A DNA stretch of 64,000 bases. Source: an uncultured Bacteroidales bacterium (GTDB lineage: Bacteria > Bacteroidota > Bacteroidia > Bacteroidales > P3). The stretch spans positions 7,253-71,252 of the forward strand of contig CAMWNM010000005.1 of assembly GCA_947175635.1 (NCBI GenBank), in the 5' to 3' direction. Below, piece by piece: positions 56,826 through 64,000 of this stretch. A program made the position numbers and the translations under genes. How positions within the stretch are numbered: the stretch's first letter is position 1; every line of letters begins with the position of its first letter. The notes beneath the pieces were generated by a model. It did not search any database and was not told the DNA's origin. It was given only the letters and a program-made list of their open reading frames with translations.

Positions 56826-56983
56826 GTATGCGATGTGTCTGTATGCGCGTTTCTGACTGAATGGGAAAGTACGGTTCAAAAGTAAGACAATTTGTCCGGA
56901 TACGGGTTTCGGATTTTTTGTAAATTTGTGTTTGGAAGGCCGCCTCCGGCGGCGTTTTTCATCATATTAAAAAGAAAAAAGCA

Positions 56984-57973
56984 ATGAAGAAAAGTATTTT
57001 TTCGATTCTGGCGCTTGCCGCCGCTTTTTCGGTTGTGTTTTCATCCTGCGGGTCTGGGAACAGCCGCAAGGCCGGTAAGGACGATTTGCAGGGAGAGGTG
57101 AATATTTCCGGGGCATTCGCCCTTTATCCGATGATGTTGTTGTGGGCCGAAGAGTTCGAGCAGATGCACCCGGGGGTAACCATCAACGTATCGGGCGGCG
57201 GAGCGGGAAAAGGCATGACCGATGCCCTCAACGGCATGGTGGATTTCGGGATGATTTCGCGTGAAATAAAGCCGTCCGAGATAGAAAAAGGGGCATGGTT
57301 CATCGCCGTGGCCTGCGATGCGGTGGTTCCCACCATCCATCCTTCCAATCCGCTTTATTCAGAAGTGCTTAAACGCGGTTTGACCCGCCGGCAGCTCGAA
57401 CAGATCTTCATCACGGGCGAGATTACGCGCTGGAACCAGCTTTATCCCGGTTTGGCGGGCGCGCCGGATGAAGCCATCAGCGTTTATACCCGTTCCGATG
57501 CATGCGGGGCCGCCGAAACATTTGCCGGCTATTACGGCAAACATCAGGAAGACTTGCTCGGAATCGGTATCAACGGCGATCCGGGCATGGCGGCCGTGGT
57601 GCAGCGGGATGTTTACGGAATCGGCTACAACAATATCGGTTTCGGTTACGACCAGCAGAGCCGCAAGCCGGTGGAGGGTCTGGGTATCATTCCCTTGGAT
57701 CAGAATGAAAACGGAGTATTGGATGAAGAAGAGGATTTTTATGCGGATGTGGATGTGTTTTCGGATGCGGTGAAGAACAACCGTTATCCGGCGCCTCCTG
57801 CCCGCAGCCTCTATCTGGCAGGTTTGGGTTATCCTCAGAATCCGGCGGCAAGGGCGTTTGTGGCTTATATTCTCGATCAGGGGCAGGCGCTGACTTCCGC
57901 AGGCGGCTATGTGGCCCTTCCCGAGGAACTTCGCCAGGCGCAGTTGCAGAAACTTCAACCGGAAAACGAATAA
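56984..57973 (+). CDS. pstS: Phosphate ABC transporter substrate-binding lipoprotein
   Basis: Lipobox VVFSSC. ISGAFALYP...INVSGGGAGKGMTDALNGMVDFGMISR fits the PstS family, and the gene is the first of pstSCAB. Confidence 0.88.
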   Translation: MKKSIFSILALAAAFSVVFSSCGSGNSRKAGKDDLQGEVNISGAFALYPMMLLWAEEFEQMHPGVTINVSGGGAGKGMTDALNGMVDFGMISREIKPSEIEKGAWFIAVACDAVVPTIHPSNPLYSEVLKRGLTRRQLEQIFITGEITRWNQLYPGLAGAPDEAISVYTRSDACGAAETFAGYYGKHQEDLLGIGINGDPGMAAVVQRDVYGIGYNNIGFGYDQQSRKPVEGLGIIPLDQNENGVLDEEEDFYADVDVFSDAVKNNRYPAPPARSLYLAGLGYPQNPAARAFVAYILDQGQALTSAGGYVALPEELRQAQLQKLQPENE

Positions 57974-57994
57974 ACCCGAAACGGAATTTTCCTC

Positions 57995-58888
57995 ATGAAT
58001 ATTTCCAGCAATAGGCGCACGCGCGACAAGATCATCACCTGCCTTACCTATGCGGCCATGTTCGTGGTGCTTCTGCTACCTTTCGCCCTGTTTATCGGTT
58101 TGGCGTTCAAGTCCGAGTTGCTTTTCCGCGACCATAGCCTGGGGCAGTTGCTTTTTTCGTCCAGCTGGCGGCCGAGCGCAGGCGAATTCGGATTCAAGCC
58201 CTTTATCGTCGGTTCGCTCTACGTTACCTTGTTGGCCATGATCATTTCGGCGCCGATCTGTCTTTTGTCGGCGATCCATATCACCCAATACGCGCCTGCG
58301 CGGGTTTCGAAGGTGGTTACCACGGCCATCGATATTCTGGCCGGGATTCCTTCGGTGGTATATGGCGTATGGGGCATGATGTTCGTGGTGCCGATAGTGA
58401 GCCGGTATGCGGCGCCTTTGTTCGGCGTGCAGACAACGGGATTCAGCATCCTTTCGGGTGGCGTGGTGCTTTCCATCATGGTGGTGCCCTTTATCCTCAA
58501 TATCCTCATCGAGATTTACCGCACCATACCCAAAGAACTGACGGAAGCCGCGCTGTCGCTGGGAGCCACCCGCTGGGAGGCAGTCCGTTCGATTCTCAAC
58601 CGCAAGGCTTTGCCCGGTATTCTGGCGGCAGTCGGATTCGGCTTTGCCCGTGCTTTCGGAGAAACCATGGCGGTGCTGATGGTGGTGGGCAATGCCATTC
58701 GGATTCCCGAGAGCCTGTTCGATCAGGGCTATCCATTGCCCGCATTGATCGCCAACAGCTATAGTGAGTTGGCCTCCGTGCCCGAAGTGGAAAGCGCCTT
58801 GATGTTTGCCGCGCTGATTCTTTTCGTGGTGGTGCTGCTGTTTAACGCCACCTTGCGTTGGTTCATTATCAAAACCGAAAAATATTAG
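57995..58888 (+). CDS. pstC: Phosphate ABC transporter permease PstC
   Basis: 297 aa with 6 TM segments and the EAA-like loop ...ELTEAALSLGATRWEAV.... Confidence 0.88.
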   Translation: MNISSNRRTRDKIITCLTYAAMFVVLLLPFALFIGLAFKSELLFRDHSLGQLLFSSSWRPSAGEFGFKPFIVGSLYVTLLAMIISAPICLLSAIHITQYAPARVSKVVTTAIDILAGIPSVVYGVWGMMFVVPIVSRYAAPLFGVQTTGFSILSGGVVLSIMVVPFILNILIEIYRTIPKELTEAALSLGATRWEAVRSILNRKALPGILAAVGFGFARAFGETMAVLMVVGNAIRIPESLFDQGYPLPALIANSYSELASVPEVESALMFAALILFVVVLLFNATLRWFIIKTEKY

Positions 58889-58894
58889 GCCGAT

Positions 58895-59809
58895 ATGGAA
58901 CTGGATGCGATGAACGAAAAACGTACGTTGGTGAAGCAACGTGAAAAGTCGGCGCGTACCGGAGGAAAACTCGCCGAGGAAGTGTTTTGCCGTACGCTGA
59001 TGAATATAGCCTCCATACTGATTGTGGGGGTGATGGGCGTTATCCTTGTTTCGATCTTCTACAAAGGTATTTCCACCTTCAGTTGGAATATGCTTGCAGA
59101 AGACATGGGATCGGGTTTCTACCTCAATCGGGGCGGCGGTATCAGAAACGCCATTCTAGGCTCGGTTTACCTTTCGGTAAGCGCCACCTTGCTGGCCCTT
59201 GTGATAGGGTTGGCCTGTTCGGTCTGCATGAACGTGTATATGGTGCGGTGCCCGCGGCTGCTGCATACAGCCCGTTTCCTTTTGGACCTCATATGGGGCG
59301 TTCCCTCCATCATCTACGGAGCCTTCGGCTTCTCCCTCATGGTGTTCTTCGGTCTCAAGACCTCTCTTCTGGCCGGTATCATCACCGTAACGCTTTTTAT
59401 CCTGCCCATCATGATCCGCGCCATAGACGAAGTGATGAAGACCGTGCCGCACGGTCTTTCGGAAAGTGTGCTGGCGATGGGTTCCACGCGTTCCGAACTT
59501 TCCTACAAGGTATATCTGCGCCAATGTTTCCCCGGTATCGTTACGGCGGTATTGTTGGCTTTCGGCCGCGCGATAGGGGATGCGGCATCGGTGCTGTATG
59601 TTACAGGAGAGAGCGCCCGTTCGCCCAGAGGCCTTATGGACAATGTTACCACGCTTCCCGTGGCAATCTACAACCAGATAAATTCGCCATCCGCCGCCAT
59701 TCAGGACAAGGCTTATGCCTCGGCGTTCATCCTTACGTTGGTCATTTTGATTATCAGCCTTCTTTCTCGCTATATATCGAAGCGTTACCAGAAGTACAGG
59801 ATTTATTGA
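58895..59809 (+). CDS. pstA: Phosphate ABC transporter permease PstA
   Basis: 304 aa, multi-TM, with ...GLSESVLAMGSTRSEL... It is the second permease of the operon. Confidence 0.85.
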   Translation: MELDAMNEKRTLVKQREKSARTGGKLAEEVFCRTLMNIASILIVGVMGVILVSIFYKGISTFSWNMLAEDMGSGFYLNRGGGIRNAILGSVYLSVSATLLALVIGLACSVCMNVYMVRCPRLLHTARFLLDLIWGVPSIIYGAFGFSLMVFFGLKTSLLAGIITVTLFILPIMIRAIDEVMKTVPHGLSESVLAMGSTRSELSYKVYLRQCFPGIVTAVLLAFGRAIGDAASVLYVTGESARSPRGLMDNVTTLPVAIYNQINSPSAAIQDKAYASAFILTLVILIISLLSRYISKRYQKYRIY

Positions 59810-59836
59810 TTTCAAAGGACGGAAAAGATACAAGAG

Positions 59837-60598
59837 ATGGAAAACCAAAGCATCATAAAAGTAGATCACCTGGATTTGTATGCGGGTAAGACGCATATCC
59901 TGAAAGATATCAATATCGAGATACCCAAAAACAAGCTTACCGTGATTCTCGGGCCTTCGGGTTGCGGGAAAACCACTTTGCTCAAGTGCATGAACCGCCT
60001 CACCGACCTTACGCCCGACATCAAGGTTACGGGGAATATCTTTATCGGCAAACAGCCCGTATTCGGGGCCAAAACCGACATCGTGGCCTTGCGGCGCAAG
60101 ATGGGGCTTCTCTCCCAGAGGCCCTTTCCGCTTCCGATGAACATCTACAACAACATCGCCTACGGACTCAAGTTGCGCGGCAAATACAGCCGCACCGAAC
60201 TCAACGATTTGGTGGAACACTATCTGCGTCAGGTCAATCTTTGGGAAGAGGTGAAAGACAGGTTGCGCTCTCCGGCGGTAAGGCTCTCTATCGGACAGCA
60301 GCAACGGCTTTGTCTGGCCCGGGGATTGGCGGTGAATCCCGAAATCATTTTGGCGGACGAGCCAACCTCGGCGCTTGATCCGGTAAGCAGCGAAGCCATT
60401 GAGAAGCAGTTTGCGGCACTTGCCAAAGACTACACCCTGGTGATGGTGACCCATGTGTTGCGTCAGGCAAGACGTATCGCCGACTATGTGGTGTTCATGT
60501 ATCTGGGAGAAGTGATCGAAATGCGGCCTGCCCGGGAATTTTTTGAAGACCCGCGTGAGGAACAGACCAAGAAATATCTTGCGGGCGCGTTCAACTGA
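59837..60598 (+). CDS. pstB: Phosphate ABC transporter ATP-binding protein PstB
   Basis: Walker A GPSGCGKTT, signature LSIGQQQRLCLARGL and Walker B ILADEPTSALD, with the typical PstB length of 253 aa. Confidence 0.93.
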   Translation: MENQSIIKVDHLDLYAGKTHILKDINIEIPKNKLTVILGPSGCGKTTLLKCMNRLTDLTPDIKVTGNIFIGKQPVFGAKTDIVALRRKMGLLSQRPFPLPMNIYNNIAYGLKLRGKYSRTELNDLVEHYLRQVNLWEEVKDRLRSPAVRLSIGQQQRLCLARGLAVNPEIILADEPTSALDPVSSEAIEKQFAALAKDYTLVMVTHVLRQARRIADYVVFMYLGEVIEMRPAREFFEDPREEQTKKYLAGAFN

Positions 60599-60682
60599 GA
60601 GGATTTACGGAGTACATACAGCGGCGGAGGGTCGTGGCGTAGTCCTTTAGGTTTTTGAACCGGTAGGGGAGAAGAATCGTTT

Positions 60683-63600
60683 ATGAGAGTCGGTAAGATA
60701 GGATTGGATATAGGTTCCACTACAATCAAGGTGGTAGTGTTGGACGAAGCGGAGCAACTTCGTTTTTCGTGTTACGAACGTCATAATGCCAAAATAGGGG
60801 AAACGCTGGGCCGGATTCTGGATGAAATGGACCGGTTGTTTCCCACCGAAAGTTTTTGTCTGAGGATTACCGGTTCGGTAGGGCTTGGCTTGGCAGAGCG
60901 GAGCGGGGCGGATTTCATGCAGGAAGTGGTGGCCTCCACAACGTATATCAAACGGTATTATCCGCAGGCCTCCACGATGATAGATATAGGCGGAGAGGAT
61001 GCCAAGGTGGTGTTCCTGCATGCCGGTACGCCCGATATGCGCATGAACGGTAATTGTGCCGGCGGCACGGGGGCTTTCATCGATCAGATGGCCTTGTTGC
61101 TCAACACCACACCGCAGGGGCTGGATGAATTGGCCGCCAAGGCCAGGCATCTTTATCCGATGGCTTCCCGTTGCGGGGTTTTTGCCAAAACCGACGTACA
61201 GAATCTGGTGGCCCGTCATGCGGGTGCGGAAGATATAGCCGCTTCTATTTTCCGTGCGGTGGCCGTGCAGACAATCGTTACGCTTTCGCGTGGTTGCGAC
61301 ATTACCCCGCCGGTGCTTTTCTGTGGCGGTCCGTTGGCATTTCTGCCCGCTTTGCGCAAGGCCTTTGCCGACTATCTGGCCTTGGCTCCCGAGCATATGA
61401 TTGTGCCCGACAATGCCCAGTTGCTGCCTGCCTGGGGATGCGCTGTTTCGGCAGGCGGGGAGAAATGTTGTCCGATAGAGGGGTGGAAAGCCCGTCTGTT
61501 GGCTGTCCCGCAGACAGATGTGCGTACCTATGCGGCTTTGCCTGCCTTGTTTACCGCCCCGGCGGATTATGCGGCATGGAAAGTCCGCAAGGCGGCCGGA
61601 AACAAGGTAGAGGCCGCTCTCTTACCCGGTCGGAATGAAATGATATTGGGTATCGACTCGGGTTCCACCACCACCAAAATCGTGGCGCTCGACAAGCGGA
61701 AACATCTGCTTTTTTCGCATTATGCGGCCAACGACGGCAATCCGATACAAGCCGTATCGAATGGACTTCGGAAATTGTTGGAAGCCTGCCGGCAAGCGGG
61801 GGCCGTTCCCGTTATCACGGGTAGTTGCGTTACCGGCTACGGCGAAGATCTGATAAAGGCGGCTTTCCGTCTGGAATCGGGCATGATAGAAACCATCGCC
61901 CATTATCTTGCCGCCCGGGAACTGGCACCCGATGTGTCTTTCATTCTCGATATCGGCGGGCAGGACATGAAAGCCATTTTTGTGGAAAGAGGGGTGCTTT
62001 CCAAGATGGAACTAAACGAGGCCTGCTCTTCGGGCTGCGGTTCGTTCTTGGAAAATTTCGCCAACAGTCTCGGCTATTCTTCGGCCGATTTTTCCGCCAT
62101 GGCCTGCAAGGCCGCCTATCCCTGCGATCTGGGTACCCGTTGCACCGTGTTCATGAATTCCAAAGTGAAGCAGGTGTTGCGGGAGGGTGCGGCCTTGGAG
62201 GATATCGCCGCCGGGCTCTCTTATTCGGTAGTCAAGAATTGCCTGTATAAGGTATTGAAGCTGAAATCGGTGGAGGAACTTGGCACAAAAATCGTGGTGC
62301 AAGGCGGTACCATGCGCAACGATGCCGTTGTACGGGCTTTCGAAAGCTTGTTGGGGAGGGAAGTGTTCCGCAGCGACCGCCCCGAACTGATGGGGGCCTA
62401 TGGCTGTGCCCTTTATGCGATGCAAGGGGCCGCCCGGGATATCCCGCTGGAGGAAATGTTGAATGCGGCCGCCTTTACCGCCGATGAATTGTCTTGCAAG
62501 GGTTGCGAGAATAATTGCGTGATTGCGCGCTATCGCTTCGCCAACGGCAATATCTATTTTTCGGGAAACAAATGCGAACGGCATTTCTCCAATCGGGGCG
62601 ATTACCGGAATCAGACAGGGAGAAATGCCTATGCAGACAAATTGCACCTGCTTTTCGACAGGAACGAGGCGGTGCGTTCCGGACTTGCGCCGGGCAGATA
62701 CCGTATAGGTGTTCCGCGCTGCCTCAATATGTATGAGGATTTTCCTTTCTGGCATACGTTGCTTGCTGCATGCGGTATGGAAGTGGTGCTTTCAGACGGG
62801 TCCAGCATGGCCGCATACGAAAAGAACGCCTGCAAGGTGATGTCCGACAATATCTGTTTTCCCGCCAAGTTGGTGCACGGGCATATCGACAACCTGCTGG
62901 AAAAAGGCGTCAACAGGATACTGATGCCCTATGCGCTGTATGAAAGGCAGGAGGGAAAGGCAGATGCCAACAGCTACAACTGTCCCATCGTGACAGGCTA
63001 TTCCGATGTGGTGCGCAGCGTAGGTAAATTACCGGTGCCGCTGGATACACCGGCCGTTTCCTTTAAGGAAGAAAAGCGTCTTTATACCCAGATACGCCGC
63101 TATCTGTCCGGGTTGGGGGTGGATGAATCCCAGATACGGCCTGCCTTTGAGAAAGCTATGGCGGCACAGCAAGACTATCTGGACAGTATCAGGGAAGTCA
63201 ATCAGGACATACTGGATCAGTCCCGTCGGGAAGGGCGTCTGGCAATCTTGTTGGCCGGCCGGCCTTATCATTCGGATCCGCTGGTGCAGCATAAAATCGC
63301 CGAAAGTATCGCCGCCATGGGCGTGGACGTGCTTACCGACGATGTCGTGCGTGGCCTTGATTTGCCTTTGGCCGATACCCATTTCGTTTCGCAATGGGCC
63401 TATCCCAACCGCATTCTGCGGGCGGCTTCCTTTGTGGCCGCGCAAGACGCATCCCTGCAACTGGTGCAGATGACTTCTTTCGGCTGCGGGCCGGATGCCT
63501 TGCTTACCGATGAGGTGCGCGATTTGCTGGGACGTTACCGCAAAACGCTCACTTTGCTCAAGATCGACGATATCGGCAATACGGGCTCTCTCAAACTGCG

Positions 63601-64000
63601 CGTGCGGTCTTTGGTGGAGAGTCTTCGTTTAGAGGAACGGTTGTCCGGGCAAGAACAGGAGAGGGGGCACAAGGGGGAAGACTTTGTTACCACCCCGCCT
63701 TTTGAAAAGAAAGACAGGGATCGGAAAATCCTTGTTCCTTTTTTCACGCCTTTCATGTCGCCCCTGATACCGGCCCTGTTTCAACGGGCCGGATACGATG
63801 CCGAACCATTGCCGCCGCCTTCGGTGTTTACGGCCGATACGGGTTTGAAGTACGCCAACAATGAGATCTGCTATCCGGCTACGCTGGTGGTGGGCGATAT
63901 ACTGACGGCCCTGCTTTCGGGAAAGTACGATCGGGAACGTATCGCCGTGGCCATTACCCAGACCGGCGGACAATGCCGTGCCAGCAGCTATCTGTCGCTT
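60683..64000 (+). CDS. Large fusion protein with two BcrAD/BadFG-type (acyl-CoA dehydratase activase-like) ATPase domains plus a DUF2229-like region; 3' end runs off the window
   Basis: It is not in the supplied ORF track because no stop occurs before base 64000. My own translation gives MRVGKIGLDIGSTTIKVVVLDE...NGNCAGGTGAFIDQ. A second module starts at 61640 (MILGIDSGSTTTKIVALDK...NEACSSGCGSFLE), followed by YRIGVPRCLNMYEDFPFWHTLL... That is 1106 in-frame codons. Confidence 0.85.
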   Translation, partial: MRVGKIGLDIGSTTIKVVVLDEAEQLRFSCYERHNAKIGETLGRILDEMDRLFPTESFCLRITGSVGLGLAERSGADFMQEVVASTTYIKRYYPQASTMIDIGGEDAKVVFLHAGTPDMRMNGNCAGGTGAFIDQMALLLNTTPQGLDELAAKARHLYPMASRCGVFAKTDVQNLVARHAGAEDIAASIFRAVAVQTIVTLSRGCDITPPVLFCGGPLAFLPALRKAFADYLALAPEHMIVPDNAQLLPAWGCAVSAGGEKCCPIEGWKARLLAVPQTDVRTYAALPALFTAPADYAAWKVRKAAGNKVEAALLPGRNEMILGIDSGSTTTKIVALDKRKHLLFSHYAANDGNPIQAVSNGLRKLLEACRQAGAVPVITGSCVTGYGEDLIKAAFRLESGMIETIAHYLAARELAPDVSFILDIGGQDMKAIFVERGVLSKMELNEACSSGCGSFLENFANSLGYSSADFSAMACKAAYPCDLGTRCTVFMNSKVKQVLREGAALEDIAAGLSYSVVKNCLYKVLKLKSVEELGTKIVVQGGTMRNDAVVRAFESLLGREVFRSDRPELMGAYGCALYAMQGAARDIPLEEMLNAAAFTADELSCKGCENNCVIARYRFANGNIYFSGNKCERHFSNRGDYRNQTGRNAYADKLHLLFDRNEAVRSGLAPGRYRIGVPRCLNMYEDFPFWHTLLAACGMEVVLSDGSSMAAYEKNACKVMSDNICFPAKLVHGHIDNLLEKGVNRILMPYALYERQEGKADANSYNCPIVTGYSDVVRSVGKLPVPLDTPAVSFKEEKRLYTQIRRYLSGLGVDESQIRPAFEKAMAAQQDYLDSIREVNQDILDQSRREGRLAILLAGRPYHSDPLVQHKIAESIAAMGVDVLTDDVVRGLDLPLADTHFVSQWAYPNRILRAASFVAAQDASLQLVQMTSFGCGPDALLTDEVRDLLGRYRKTLTLLKIDDIGNTGSLKLRVRSLVESLRLEERLSGQEQERGHKGEDFVTTPPFEKKDRDRKILVPFFTPFMSPLIPALFQRAGYDAEPLPPPSVFTADTGLKYANNEICYPATLVVGDILTALLSGKYDRERIAVAITQTGGQCRASSYLSL

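Noticed and set aside
56939-56959. A GCCGCC-TCC-GGCGGC hairpin followed by GTTTTT, ~25 nt upstream of pstS, which might be a terminator or attenuator.
   Set aside because: The stem is only 6 bp with a 3-nt loop, and no plus-strand gene lies upstream to terminate. It could be a leader structure, but the evidence is too thin. I also found no convincing Pho-box-like repeat.
1-64000. rRNA, tRNA, tmRNA, RNase P RNA and CRISPR arrays.
   Set aside because: All intergenic gaps longer than 60 bp were read. I found no tRNA-like T-arm (GGTTCGAATCC-type) or acceptor structure, no RNase P/tmRNA signature blocks, and no regularly spaced direct repeats.

Overview
Chromosomal segment from a Bacteroidota (Bacteroidales-like) genome. 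Supporting signs are a T9SS C-terminal sorting domain, a TonB-dependent receptor locus, TAnnTTTG-type promoter boxes and lipoprotein signal peptides. Most of the window is visibly GC-rich; one hand-counted 60-nt line gave 34/60 G+C. The content is mostly housekeeping: groES-groEL, dapA, menA-ubiE, argS, a five-gene succinate-semialdehyde/4-hydroxybutyrate-to-crotonyl-CoA fermentation operon (sucD, 4hbD, cat2, nifU-like, abfD), gmd/fcl/phosphohexomutase, Mla-like ABC genes, tatAC, pepC, recQ, comM, nadE, nfu-apbC-adk-hpt, and pstSCAB. The main finding is an AT-rich three-gene block at 20757-23330 (19/60 G+C in a sampled line). It sits exactly between gmd and fcl with almost no intergenic DNA. 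It encodes an ABC/OLD-type AAA ATPase translationally coupled (TAATG overlap) to a DUF4276-like protein, plus an orphan secreted protein. I read the ATPase-DUF4276 pair as a candidate, experimentally uncharacterised two-component conflict/defence module with OLD/Gabija/PARIS-like architecture. Other points worth a second look: a frameshifted SMR (Gdx/SugE-type) gene; a sigma54-like -24/-12 motif ahead of groES; an AT-rich C-terminal extension on MenA; a low-GC orphan lipoprotein; a 22-bp perfect palindrome ahead of the TonB-dependent receptor; a NadE whose glutaminase domain looks catalytically dead; a possible small lipoprotein ORF; and a gene of more than 1100 codons (double BcrAD/BadFG activase fusion) that is missing from the ORF track because it runs off the 3' edge. 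I found no rRNA, tRNA, CRISPR array, integrase or transposase.
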